64,000 nucleotides of DNA from the human T2T-CHM13v2.0 reference genome, Homo sapiens: the NCBI RefSeq assembly GCF_009914755.1, contig NC_060938.1, one strand, 5' to 3'. This document shows, piece by piece, positions 49,822 through 64,000 of this stretch. A program made the position numbers and the translations under genes. The notes under the pieces were generated by a model. The model did no database searches. It saw only the letters and a program-made list of their open reading frames with translations, and was not told where the DNA came from. Each line of letters begins with the position of its first letter. Position 1 is the stretch's first letter.

Positions 49822-50116
49822 GTTGTTTTTTGAGATGGGGTTTCACTCTGTCACCCAGGCTGGAGGGCACTGGTGAGATCTTGGCTCACTCCAATCTCCA
49901 TTTCCTAGGCTCAGGTGATCCTCACACCTCAGCCATCCAAGTAGTTGAAACAATAGAGCTATGTCACCATAGACCAGTGTCACCACGCTGGGCTGAGTTT
50001 TGTAGAGATAGGGTTTTGCCTTGTTACCCAGGCTCTTCTTTAACTGTTGGGCTCAAGTGTTCTGCTCGCCTCAGCCTCTCAAAGTGCTGGGGTTACAGAC
50101 ATGAGACATTCAGCCT
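49822..50116 (-). mobile_element. Alu (diverged, AluJ-like)
   Basis: tttttgagatgggg...aaagtgctggggttacagacatgag. Confidence 0.85.
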
Positions 50117-50484
50117 TAATAGTTGTTTAATCTGAATAAATAAACAAATGAATTTTTATATAATGGAATGTTATAAGTAATATAATAAACCTAATGTATC
50201 TAATCATTAAATATTGTATTTAAAATATTGCTTACATTGTATTATTTTTTAATATTTAAGGGTGTATAAGTTTTGACATGTTATGTTGAGAAATTATGCA
50301 ATAATTAAAAAGGAAATAAAAGAGAAATAGGTCATCGGTAGCAAAGAGGGTTACAATATATTTTCTAGTATCATTCAACTGGAATCTTAACATTGAGATT
50401 TTAGATTAACATTTCTTAAGGTTTTTATTAGACCCAACTCATGTTCCATTAAATATACCGTTTCAAGCCATACATTACTCTTTA

Positions 50485-51256
50485 TTATTATTATTATACT
50501 TTAAGTTCTAGGGTACATGTGCACAACGTGCAGGTTTGTTAAATATGTATACATGTGCCATGTTGGTGTGCTGCACACATTAACTCGTCATTTATATTAG
50601 GTATATCTCCTAATGCTATTCCTCCCCTCTCCCCCCACCCCATGACAGGCCCTGGTGTGTGATGTTCCCCATCCTGTGTCCAAATGTTCTCATTGTTCAG
50701 TTCCCACCTATGAGTGAGAACATGTGGTGTTTGGTTTTCTGTCCTTGCAACAGTTTGCTCAGAATGATGGTTTCCAGCTTCATCCATGTCCCTACAAAGG
50801 ACATGAACTCATCATTTTTTATGCTGCATAGTATTCCATGGTGTGTAAGTGCCACATTTTCTTAATCCAGTCTATCATTGATGGGCATATGGGTTGGTTC
50901 CAAGTCTTTGCTATTGTGAATAGTGCCACAATAAACATACATGTGCATGTGTCTTTATAGCAGCATGATTTATAATCCTTTGCATATATATCCAGTAATG
51001 GGATGGCTGGATCAAATGGTATTTCTAATTCTTGATCCTTGAGGAATCTCCACACTGTCTTCCACAATGGTTGAACTAGTTTACAGTCCCACCAACAGTG
51101 TAAAAGTGTTCCTATTTCTCCACATCCTCTCCAGCACCTGTTGTTTCCTGACTTTTTAATGATTGCCATTCTAACTGGTGTGAAATGATATCTCATAGTG
51201 GTTTCAATTTGCATTTCTCTGATGGCCAGTGATGATGAGCATTTTTTCATGTGTCT
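50485..51256 (-). mobile_element. 5'-truncated L1PA (about L1PA4-5) with 18-bp target-site duplication
   Basis: L1 ORF2 C-terminus ([26 protein letters not shown]) plus 3' UTR; gccatacattactcttta at 50467-50484 and 51257-51274. Confidence 0.95.
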
Positions 51257-51577
51257 GCCATACATTACTCTTTAGAATTCTGGTGACCAATTCTTTTTCT
51301 GGGTGGAAAGTTGATGGAAAGTTCCAGTTTTCTCTCTCTGTTATAATAATGTTCTTTCAGGTAATGGTAGATGACCATATTTAGCTAATTGAATGTCTTA
51401 TAGTAAGAAACACTATCACAGAAGTACTTACAAAAAACTAATTGCAGCATAAATATTAATTAGTATTATCAGAGTTATGAAAGACCGAAGGCTCTGTTAT
51501 AGATCTATTTCCCCATGTACTTTATTGTACTTCATGTTTTTCGTTTTCTTTCTTGGCTTAAGCTCATATTTCATTGA

Positions 51578-51942
<365 letters not shown>

Positions 51943-51958
51943 TAAAGAAATTGATTAG

Positions 51959-52255
51959 GGCTGGGTGTGGTGGTGCACAATGCTTATCTCAACATTTTGG
52001 GAGGCAGAAGTGGAAGATTTGCTTGAGCCCAGGAGCTTGAGACCAGCCTGGGAGGTATAATGAGGCCTTGTCTCTACAAAGATAACAATAAAAACATTAG
52101 CATGACATGATGGTATGCACCTGTAGTTCCAGCTATTCAGGAAGTTGAGGTGGGAAGATTGCTTGAGGTCAGGAGTTTGAGACCACAGTGAGCCATAATC
52201 AGGCCCCTGCATTCTAGCCCTGGGTTGACAGAGTGAGACCCAGTTTCATAAAAAG
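51959..52255 (+). mobile_element. AluJ-like
   Basis: ggctgggtgtggtgg...gattgcttgagcccaggag-type AluJ motifs. Confidence 0.9.
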
Positions 52256-52449
52256 AGATTGATAAGAAACTCTTGATGCAACTCATTATAATTTTAAATG
52301 GAAACTAATTCTTGATATTACCTTAGCAGTGTGTCCCCCAGAAAGTGTCAGAGCCTTTACGTGGACCTTCTCATGAAAACGGAAACAGAATAGTCAATGG
52401 AAAAGGAGAAGGTGAGAACCGTATTTTATTTAAAAAGTCATTTGATGGA

Positions 52450-52765
<316 letters not shown>

Positions 52766-53534
52766 TTAAAATATGAGCACTAATAGAGTTTAATAGCTAA
52801 AGAAAATGTCCTATTAACTGTATCATAAGTAAAAGAGAAATGAAATGGTGATAAGTGGTGTCTCTAACCAAGGGTCAGCAGTTGATTCTATTGGAAGTAC
52901 CACTAAAGGAGCTGAGTTATGAGTTCCATTTTAACATACTCTAAGACCTGAGGCAAGTCAGGAGAGAGGGAAGAAGAAATGAATAAAAGAGAAAGAAAGA
53001 ATGAGGAGGGCAGAGTGTACATGGAATAAATAAAAAAAAGTGGATGTATGTAATGGAGGGTAGTAAAGTCAAATTGATCTGTAGAAGAAGGAAGAACAGG
53101 GTGTTAGAAATAGGAAGGAAGATAAAGTGAGCTTCCAGTACCAAAATGTGTCATATAATTACAGTAACATTTTCCTTCTCTTGCTGTCATTCTTGCTACT
53201 GGGGAGGCATTAAGGATTGAGGTACTTTACCATGCAGACCTGTGTTTTATCTACCATAGATGAACATCACCGTAAATGGTCAGCCATGTATGGCTATAAT
53301 TTGTTTTTATAGAAAATGAAAAGAATAGTGTTGGGTGATTTATTGGGAAGAAATTAATTAGAGAAGCTTTGCCTGATTAAAAGTTCATTAGAAACATTAT
53401 GGCTTATAACGTAGTATTAAATTCAGGGACATAATAGGAAAGAAGTTGAGGCTAGGCCAAAAAGGCCAATTAGGGTAAACCAATATGGAAGCACACCAGT
53501 GTAGAACAGGGCATTCAAATTGTCATGAATTCGT

Positions 53535-53650
53535 TGAGGAGCTTCTGGAAAGTGCACATTCTGACTCAGCAGGTATTGGAGTCTGCATTTCTCATGAGCA
53601 CTCAGGTGATGTTTGTGCTGGTCCTTGGACACAGCTCTGAATAGCAAGGG
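53535..53650. mobile_element. MER5A-like fragment
   Basis: attctgactcagcaggt...tctgcatttctcatgagcactcaggtgatg. Confidence 0.5.
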
Positions 53651-56600
53651 AATAGCCTTCCTTTAGAGAAATCTGGAAAAAGAACCACTGGAGAGCAATT
53701 TAAAAAATAACAGAATCCAGGGAAAGCTTTAATTTCCTTTTATTTCTGAGCATGATTCTAGCCACAAGGGAAGGAAAATGAGATGAAAAAAGAGAGATTA
53801 CAGGTGTATACTACTGCTGAATACAGATGAAAAAAGTGGTCACAATCATCCATAAAAAGCAGTTAGGAAGGGAAGCATCAGGATGACAGTTCTGATAATC
53901 ATTTTTTCAAAGGAAGAGGGATGGTGAATGGACACAAAAGGAGGAAAGAAAGACATTTGCTGGGGTCTTGGGAGTTAAAGCCAAGTAAACTTGAGACAAC
54001 TCACTTCCAGTTGCTTCAGCATATGCCCAGTCTCACAAAAGAGGTTATTGCTGTGGAGAGTACTGGAGACAGGAGGGAGTGCTAGAGTTGGGGTAAACCA
54101 CAGCAGCTCATTTCACTTGATAACTGTCAGGCCTCAGGGAGAGAAGTTTCACTGACATGAGTGAATAAGATATGATTAAGTTGCATATAGATGCTTTGGC
54201 GAAATTTTTTTGAGACAGCCAGTTCTTTGATATGATAGCTGTTTTATAAAAGTCCTTTACAGTGTAAGATAATATACCAAACTTAGTTAATTTTAGAAGT
54301 AATCATAAAATTCATTCCATGAAAACCAAAATTATCATTTTCAATAAATACTGCACTGATTTTGAAATATAAATATGTATTAATATCCAGCAAGTCTGTG
54401 GTCATTCAATGTTTTCTTTTTTGATAAATATTTTGATATCAGAAGCTTATTCGACATGGTTTATTTGATGTGTTTTATGGACCACCTTGCATGAGTGGAT
54501 CAAGGAGCTCTAATTCAAGGCCAAATGAGGGGATAGGAGAAATGTAGGTGCTGCAGTAGCCCATGTGATCATGGGAAAAATGAGTACTTTGATTAGCTGT
54601 TATTTCATAAGTGTGTATCCTAGCTGATCAATGTAGAACCCTTTCTTTGATGAGAGGTGAATCCCACATTCACCTGAACTGTCATCCCAACTGAGTATTT
54701 CCTCAGTGACAAGACAAGGGGAATTTATTTGTGCTGTGCTGGCAGCAATGCCTCTGGTGTGTGGAGTTAAAATACTCTGTACATTCACCATCAGCTTTGA
54801 CATTGATTCTCTCAGGTTTGATTTGCCCCTCTGTTTAATGGTCCCTTTTCTCCTTATTAGTCCACGTGTTCACGGTTATATCAATGCTTTTCTATTTTAA
54901 GTATAGGCATTTGAAACATAATCTCACTACTGAAATGTAAACTGTGCATTTTGGGAATCCTATATTCCTATTTTCCTCATTGTGTTTCTGTCATGTTGCT
55001 GTCCTAGGCAATGAAAAGACGAAGCCAAGAAGAACCCTCAAAACCTTAAGTAAATATTTTTATAGCCAGGCCTGAGAATTCAGCTCGACAGTAACACTGC
55101 ATGAATGTTTGGTTGGTCCTGTCATACTTACATATAATTGATGACATATCCCCTTTGCTTTGTAGGGCCTTCTGCAAAACATCCTTCCTTGAAGATAATT
55201 AATTATGTATATTTTTGAATCACTAACTCCATGTTGTATAAAATATATATGATTTATGAATCGTTTTCTTTTAAAACCCATTCAGCCTAGCACTGAAGTG
55301 GAAGATCCTGCTGTGAAAGGAGCAGTACAAAGAAAGAAAGTACAGACATTGAGAGCAGGTACATTTGATGGAATACTGGAAATAAAGTACAGTCAATGAT
55401 TGGATGTACTCATATTATTCTTATTCCTAATTCTATTTGTTCAATATTGAACAGAAGGCATTGACATAAATGTTATTGTTGGTATCCATATTTGAATAAA
55501 AACAAATTTAGAAGCATAAAAAAGATTTTAAAAATGTAAGCTTTAAGTCAGATGTTTCTGTTTTAATGTTTTGAATAGCATGAAGTTTTCAGTATAAAAT
55601 TTTTATACTTGTCAGGGATTCAAAGCAGTGAATTTTGAGACTCTTAAGATATTTCCAGTGAGTTAAGTGCTAGTTGGAGTTCTGATCTTTACCTAGAGGA
55701 AAGCTTTACCTATTAAAGTGTCAGTTTCTGTTTTAACTTCAGAGGCTTGCTGCTAGTGTTATTACACTGATGATCTGAAGCTTATCAGATGTTCTAATGA
55801 GCAAGACTGTGTGTGTAGGTGTATATATAGATGTGTGTATGCGTGTGCTTGTGGCATCTTTCACTATTACAAATGACGAAAGTAATGATTCATTTATGAC
55901 TGGTAGACACAGTCTTTTAAAATGGTGATTTTGAGCCTTTTTAGTGTTAAAGTTTTTAAAACATGATTGCATAGAGGCTACCAACATCATAAGTTGGTTG
56001 TTTTTCATTTCAATGCCCTTTTGAAATCTTTAACTACATTGTGATGCCCAGAAATAATATGCAGAATTTTTTGTGTCCTAAAATAGTATGTGAGTGGTTA
56101 TATACTTTATATACCTTTCTGCCACTTTCTTTGGTGTGTTTTGTATTATATTTTCCACTTGTACCCACATTGGTGTGATTATCTCTGGTTTAATTCATTT
56201 TACACTGTTCATTGTATTCCCTCATACCACTTTACCACATTTAGTTAGACTCTCCTGTTGCTGATAAATGAAGAAATAAAAAGAAAAATAATGTCAGTTT
56301 AAGAGGGCTTTTCTTTAATCAGTTTGTATCTATTAGCATTTACTATATGAGAGTTTAAACCTGAAAAGTTCAGAATACAAGCATGCACCACCATATTTTA
56401 TTAATGCCCTTAGAACTATGACTCATGAGCCTTTAGCCTATGAAGTTAGGACAATTCATTTCTCTGAAGAAGAATGCTGGGCTGTTCTCAGAAAAGAAAA
56501 CTGAAAATAGCAAATGATATTGTCTTATTTTACCTCTTGGACATCCTTGAATGAAACTGCTACTAAAGGGATACTCGGATCAAAATTCAGATCTAATGTT

Positions 56601-56841
56601 TTGAACAGTATAGTTTGTGAATGTCCAGTGATCATGAGCCCTTGATGGGGAAATGACCTTTCGAGTTTCACTTTTGCATTTTTTGCTCGTTTCGTTGACT
56701 TGTCTTGAAAGCTTAAATTCAACTATTTTATTTTTACAGAAATCAGGAATATAACATTTAAAATATATGTCTGTCCTGTCTCACGGTGTTGTGTACTCTT
56801 CAGATCTTGTATGAACATAGACTTATATGGGAACAATTAGG

Positions 56842-57146
56842 TTTTTTGTTTGTTTGTTTTTGTTTTTGAGACAGAGTCTTGCTCTGTCACCAAGGCTGGA
56901 GTGCAGTGGCTCAGTCTTGGCTCATTACCACCTCTGCCTCTCAGGTTCAAGCAATTCTCCTGCCTCAGCCCCTCGAGTAGCTGATACTACATGCACGTGC
57001 TACCATACCCTGCTAATTTTTCTATTTCTAGTAGAGATGGGGTTTCACCAGGTTGGCCAGGCTGCTCTTGAACTCCTGACCTCAGGTGATCTGCCCACCT
57101 CGGCTTGCCAATGTGCTGGGATTACAGGTGGGAGCCACTGTGCCAG
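56842..57146 (-). mobile_element. AluS
   Basis: ttgagacagagtcttgctctgtc...gaactcctgacctcaggtgatc. Confidence 0.9.
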
Positions 57147-58914
57147 CTACAAATAATATTTTTAAGGCTGTTATATTTTATACAATTCTTTGGTCTATGT
57201 GAATTCTGAAGGTATTCATGCATTGAGGGAAGATTATCTCAGTTTAATGAAAGCAGTTTTTAATTTAAAGTATATTCATTAAATTTTTTTTGAAGTTTTT
57301 TTCTCTAGTACACAGAAACACACAATAGTATCATGGGTATTTGACCTTAATGTGTTTATGCACAAACTTAGTTATTCAAATATTTTCCTATCCCTGAAGA
57401 ATCTTAATTACTAATAAACAAATTTCTCATGGAAAACAACATATATAACAGAGATGGTTGAGTGATTGAAAGTAAACTGTAGTAAATACCAGAAGCTTAG
57501 AACAAGTTAAGTAAACTTGTCTGAGTTAATAGCAATTACAAGACTTTTAAAATACATTGGACCACGGGGGAGTAGTGCATTTGTGGGGTAGAGGACAACA
57601 TGGTACTGCTTCAGTGAAGAAAGAACTTTTACACCTTATTACAATTTGTATTATTATTTACATTCTAATAAATAAAAACTTTATTTTCAGATATTTTACA
57701 TCATGTTTCTACTAGTTGAACCATCAATAGTAAGACTTTTCAAAGATTTGGGAAGTTGTGAGTTGATGATAAATATCTGTATCACCATCAGTGATCAAAA
57801 ATCAGACAGCAACTACCATAGATTTTGGACATGCGAACTTCATAGTTAAAGAAAGGATTAATCTTGGAGCTGTGTTTCTATCAAGGAATTACACTCTTCA
57901 TTACCTGTGTGAATCGCAGTTATTAGAGTAGAAAGAGAGCAAAGAAGGGAAAGAAGCATAGAAAATTTTATTCTAGATTACCTCGTTTGGCTTCATGCTA
58001 CCATAGTTCTGACTTTTAAAGAGTCATTTTGTGGTCAAATATACTTTGTGTTCACTCCCCTTATGCAGCCTACAACCAAACAGAATGGTTCTTAGCAAGG
58101 CATTTGTATTCTTCCCTTAAGGAAAGCAACATATAAATAAGAAAGGGAATGAGAAGAAAGAGTGATTTCATTGAGGTTGGTATTTAACATAAATTTGAGT
58201 ACAGGTACCATGATTATATTTAGAATTTTGTGGCTGGATGGGAAAACCAGCTAGATGTCTATAGATTTCCTACTCAAACACAATGTGCCTTTGTTTTACT
58301 TTTACGTCTCTAATTTAGCAATTATTAGGTACAACTGTATGCAGTGTCACTAAAAATACCTCCCAAAACCAAATATTAAATAATGTCTATGGCTTTCTGT
58401 TTTATAGTGTTGATTTTCCCAATATTAATGGGAACCACTGAGCATTTGCCTTGTGGTGTCTCCTCAGCTGTATTCACATATTCCATCACCTTTTCTTAAT
58501 GGATAATCACGCACTATGAGTAAGGGTTTTCAGAAAAGCTGTGTCATTTAAAGATAACACAGGAGCAACAAATTTAATTCTGCTAGGACGCCTGGTCTAC
58601 TGATTAACTGCAGCTAATATGAGGTCTACTTCACATCCAAGTTAAATTCAGTGCCCTTAATCAGTCATATGATGAGGTCAACAGTAATAAATTATGCAAT
58701 ATTTTTTCACCCACCCCTATAGTTTTAATTTCTTTTTCCCCTTATGTCTGTGTTTAACATTTTGCTTTGCAAAACATGATGATAATCTTCTAGAGTAGTG
58801 AGGACAAGCTATAAATCCAAAGTTTCTTACCTATGCAAATGACTTGTTTGCTCTATTTTCTCATGAGCTTGGTAGATCCAGGGAACAGAACTTTTAAAAC
58901 AAAATCCCCATATG

Positions 58915-59417
<503 letters not shown>

Positions 59418-59684
59418 TTATTCAATAGAAATTCATTCTTATAATGGCCACTGATACCTATATCCTAAATATTTCTGAAAACATCTCCTCAGGCCTGCAT
59501 CATCTTTGCAACATTGCCTTATATTTTATCTTTGTTCATTGATTTATATGCCTCAGAATTTTATGCTCCTCACAGTATTTAGAGTGAATTATCCCTAATG
59601 CAAATAGATCCGTGAATCACTCCTGAATACCTAATGTCTAAGCATCTTAAAGGTTTATATAAGGATTTCAGAAACTGACTTCTG

Positions 59685-59980
59685 GGTTGGGCACCGTGGC
59701 TCATGTCTGTGATCCCAGCACTTTGGGAGGCTGAGGCAAGTGGATCATTTGAGATCAGGAGTTCAAGACCAGGCTGGCCAACAAGGTGAAACCCCATCTC
59801 TAATAAAATACAAAAATTAGCAGGTGGTAGTGGCACGCGCCTGTAATCTCAGCTACTCAGGAGGCTGAGGTAGGAGAATTACTTGAACCTGGGAGGCCGG
59901 GTTGCAGTGAGCTGAGATCATGCCACTGCCCTCCAGTCTGGGAGACAGAGTATAACCTTGTCCAAAAAAAGAAAAGAAAA
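59685..59980 (+). mobile_element. AluS with target-site duplication gaaactga(c/t)ttctg
   Basis: Alu consensus motifs and flanking duplication. Confidence 0.9.
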
Positions 59981-60109
59981 GGAAACTGATTTCTGCCCAA
60001 ATCTCCATCTGTATCCCTTTCCCCATCTGCCTTTTTCTCTGGAATTACTGAGCTGCTGGTAATGGCCCCCTCACCATTCCTCTTCTGCAGAGAAATACAT
60101 ACGCTCTTG

Positions 60110-60308
60110 GAGGCTTCTCTTCCTCTCTTGTTGCTGCCTGGCATGTGCTCACCCTTTCCTGCCCTCTGCCTCGCTTAATCTGGCTAACCTCACTCTCTAA
60201 GTCTCAGCTCATGGATGATCTTTAGGAAAGCCATCCCTGACAGCTTCTATTTTCCTTCCTTATTCCCCAGTGCCTAACACTTAGCAGGAACTCAATAAGT
60301 AATTATTT
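60110..60308 (+). mobile_element. L2 3' fragment
   Basis: tccccagtgcctaacac...aggaactcaataagta resembles the L2 3' terminus. Confidence 0.5.
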
Positions 60309-60526
60309 AGCAAAATTAAGACTGCTTATACAAAGATGATTCAAAAGATTATCCTCTACAGTCTAGCAGCAAAGGGGTCAACATGTAAAGACATGATGTG
60401 CAGGTCAGGTGGTAAAGTGACACTAGAAAAATTGACAAGGTACTAAGGGACCCCAACGAAGCAGACACCTGTGTGTGTGGAGAAAGATACCTAGAATCAA
60501 GGAAGATTTCACATAGCATTCTGAGC

Positions 60527-60822
60527 CTTTTTTTTTTCCTCTTTTTGGAGACAAGTTCTTACTCTATCACCCAGGATTGGAGTGCAATGGCATGATTGAG
60601 ACTCACTGAAACCTCAGACTCCTGGGCTCGAGGGATCTTCTCATCTAAGCTTCTTGAGTAGCGGGGACAACAGGAACATATCACCATACCTGTCTAATTT
60701 TTTGTAGAGTCAAGGTTACCTATGGTTCCCAGGCTGGTCTTAAACTCTTGGCCTTGAGCGATTCTCCCATTTTGGCCTTCCAAAGTGCTGGGATTACAGA
60801 TGTGAGCTATTATGCCCAGCCT
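60527..60822 (-). mobile_element. AluJ-like
   Basis: ttttggagacaag...ttccaaagtgctgggattacagatgtgagc. Confidence 0.85.
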
Positions 60823-62582
60823 ACTTTCTGAGTCTTAAAAGATGAAAATAAATTTTTCAGAATAGCAGGGGAAAACATTTGTGATGTAAAAAATGGGGTG
60901 CACACTAATTGAGGTATAAACAACAATAATTTTGCAAATTATTAGTAACTGCCAACTCAATTAGTGTCTTGTTAAAAAGATACTGTTATGAAGTATAATA
61001 AAGCATTACGTTGTATATTTTGACTGTATTTCAAATTTCTGTTTTGTTTCCAACAGTTTTGTTGACTTATGTTGGGTGGAACAATTTGTGAGTGACCCTG
61101 AGATTTTACATGGCTTGAATCTGGTGATATCTGGCGTCTCCCCAAGTGGTTTGTTGAAGTTTTGGATAATTAGAAGTATTTCTTACAGAAGTAAATATTT
61201 CAGTAAACATTGTTTCATTCAAACTCTCAAAATATAAAATACAAAGAAATGTTATTCTCTATTTATTTTTATAAAGATTATAGTCCTTATCTAACTCTTC
61301 TTAGTTCATTTGAACTAAATCAATGACTTTGTCAACAGAACAAACCTTACCAGTGGCTTTAGAGGAAGAGCAAGAAAGGTGTGAAAGAAGTGAAAAGAAG
61401 CAATCACAGGTATATGAAAATTTAAGTTCTTGTTTAATATTAGGGGTTTTTTTTGCTTTACTAACAAAGCATAGTCCAAATGACATGACCTTTCAGACTA
61501 TACCTTTAGAATCCAATAGATCATAATTTTATATTTAATTTTTAAAACATCTTAACCAGTTATGAAACTTAAGATATTCTTACTATCTCTAGTAACTATT
61601 AGTTATTCTAGTAATTCTTAGTATCTCTAGTAATTCATAGCTGTATTTACCCTTAGAATTGAGGCAAGAAATTTTCAGAATTATCTTGCTGTTTTATTTA
61701 TATAACCTTACTCATAATACACAAGGTAACATGAAGTATTGGGTCATATTACTGAGGAATATAAATTATGAACAGTTTAACAATAATGGCCACTGAGTTA
61801 AACTAGTGTTAAAGGAGTCATCATTGCCAGTGCTTCAAATGTTGCAGTTTTATATTGCTGGTCACCAGTGCCGAGGTTAAAGATTTATTCTGTTTTGTGG
61901 TCACCAGTTGACTTCTGTGTCTGTGTTCAGGGAGTGAATGGGGTCATAAAAGTCAATGCAGTTGCCTATTAAGAGAATCCTACCTTGCAGAATGGGACCT
62001 TTGGTGTCAGGGTGTGAACAATAACTTTATTTCAACATAAATACATAGTAAACATTACTGAAATTTTAAAAATCCAAACCCTATCACTACTGGAACTTAA
62101 AATATATTAGAAGTGGATATAAGCAGAAATTCTATCTAGATACATAACACTATCATAGTATATCATTTGAATTAGAATTTAAAATTTTACTTCTCTTTCT
62201 TATTGGTGTTCAGTTTAGCTCTTAATAATTTAGTGTTTGCCTAGTGCTCTAGTTAATCTTCAGAAATAAACATGCACTGTAGGGGCTCACTCTTTCTGGT
62301 ATGCTGAGGTAAAGTCTTTGTAAGAGAGGAAGCTTTTATAATACTACCTATCATCTTTGAATTCATTTCTGGTAGATTTTACACAAATGCATTAAGTTTA
62401 GTCCAAACAGACAGTGAGAGTTCAGCTTGCTGGTTCATGTTTCTGTCCTATGTTAAGCCAAAGCAAATTATTTTTCACTTTTTAGTTACAATCCCATAAT
62501 TTAAGAGTAGCAACACATAGATTAAGTTTCACAGTTAAATTTTAATTATTTTCTAATATTTCTTTGTTTATACTTGATTAAA

Positions 62583-63707
62583 GCTAATTTTAAAACATGC
62601 ACTCTGACAGAAAAGACATCTGAGAAACAAAACAAGCAAATTTGTTTTCCATTTTGCACCTGCCCCCCACCAAAAAAAGTCTCAAGAACCAGAACTGGGT
62701 AAGAACAGTGATAAAGGGAATCAATCTATATATTCATGACTTTCTTTAAAATTCATTACAAACAAGTTCAAGCTGAATATTGGTAAAAGTTCTGAAAACT
62801 CCAAAATTACTACTTGCCCTGAGGAAGAGCTCCTACATGGTAACTCTAAAGAGGGATGAACAAAAAAGGAGTGCCCTCTAGTCTGATGAATCATGTCCCT
62901 GATTGTGAGGAGAAAAATGTATCTGGAGGGTCTAGCTCTGTGGCAGTCCAGGCAGCGCCTGAACAGAGGAAGCCCATGTCAAATGTCTTTTTATTCCATT
63001 CACACTCCAGGTCCCTGAAATACACTTACCAGTCATCTTCTAAGCTTCATTTAATTTAAAATAAATCAGACTATAAAAATGATAACAAACCAGACACACA
63101 GCTTGTTTCTAACACAGATGATGGAAATTTTTGTTATGATATAGAAACTGAAAAAGTAAGGAACCCAGTAATTATGATTGAAATGAAAGATGATTAAGAG
63201 TTTGACATGCAAATGGAAAAATATATAAACCCAAATACCACTAATTGGAAATTAGGCATTGGTCTCAGTCTAGAGATCCAGAAAGCCTTTTTGATTTGTG
63301 GTTTACCCACCCCAAAGAAATGAAGCATATGATTCAGATAGAAAGTCACAGTATTTCTGCTGCTACAGATACTTATAAAAACAGAAAACCAACACAGTGC
63401 TTATTCCAGAAGCCGCTGTATGACAATCCCAGTGTTAATAACTACAAAACCATGAATCTTGAACTATAAAATGTGGGTTATTCTTTGCCACATAGTGAGA
63501 GAACATCAAAAATATAGCTAGAAGACTTACAGCAAGATATTTCAAGGTCACCAAGATATCACATATATACATATGTAACAAACCTGCACATTGTGCACAT
63601 GTACCAGAACTTAAAGTATAATAATAGTAAAAAGAATGAGGTAGGCATGTTACAAGTAGAGCTCCTGGCTTTGGAGAAACAGAAAGTCCAACTTCAAAAA
63701 GACAGAG
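62583..63707 (+). pseudogene. Decayed CCDC144/ANKRD26-family large exon (5' boundary uncertain)
   Basis: Fragments SQEPELGK, CPEEELL, NHVPDCEEKN, QSSSKLHL, NDNKPD, RNPVIMIEMKDD*EFDMQM, NNYK, LQQD and KNEVGMLQVELLALEK end at GAG|GT (63707); multiple stop codons. Confidence 0.65.
63560..63632 (+). mobile_element. Very short L1PA 3' end inserted in the decayed exon
   Basis: atacatatgtaacaaacctgcacattgtgcacatgtacc...aacttaaagtataataat. Confidence 0.85.
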
Positions 63708-64000
63708 GTTCACTTGCTGCTTCTTTTTTCTCTTTATCAATTATATGATTTAGTCAAATTTTCTATTCAAGAAAATCTCATGTGTACAGTTACAGCGGGG
63801 TTTTCTAAATGTGTAATTATGTGTCAAAGTAGATTAGTCCTGCTATCTAAACAATGGTTCTGGAGAATGTTCTCATAATGTTTCTTCATTAATCAACCTA
63901 AGTCTCACTCTCAGTCTTCCAAGTGGCATATGAGCTGGGAAACTAATTCAGCCATATACCACGTGACCTTCTGAATGAGATCAACATAAAGAAATTGCTA

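Noticed and set aside
50819-51265. 148-aa ORF as a gene or active L1
   Set aside because: It is the C-terminal remnant of ORF2 in a 5'-truncated ~770-bp L1.

Overview
Primate, probably human, nuclear DNA resembling an acrocentric short arm or pericentromeric segmental duplication. Bases 1-39624 are the end of a head-to-tail array of ~6.28-kb units: seven ORF-bearing copies, the first cut by the window edge and the last truncated. The unit matches the ACRO-type composite repeat: a 147-bp ACRO1-like repeat plus L1MB, MER47-like, L1PA and MER21 fragments. Each unit is laid out like a Pol II gene: TATA at -31 from an Inr match, an ATG-free leader, a 2982-bp single-exon ORF and an ATTAAA signal. 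The ORF encodes a 993-aa Ser/Pro-rich protein in which the 147-bp repeat is an in-frame 49-aa unit carrying RNA Pol II CTD-like PSYSPTTP motifs. Three copies have intact ORFs, three carry nonsense codons and one is truncated. Bases 39625-64000 are a mosaic of old L1, MER47A, Alus, a MER50 LTR, a SATR-like satellite block with an inversion, a COX3-tRNAGly-ND3 NUMT, and a 5'-truncated ANKRD20A-family pseudogene followed by a decayed CCDC144-like exon. Family names are recognised from memory, not from database searches.
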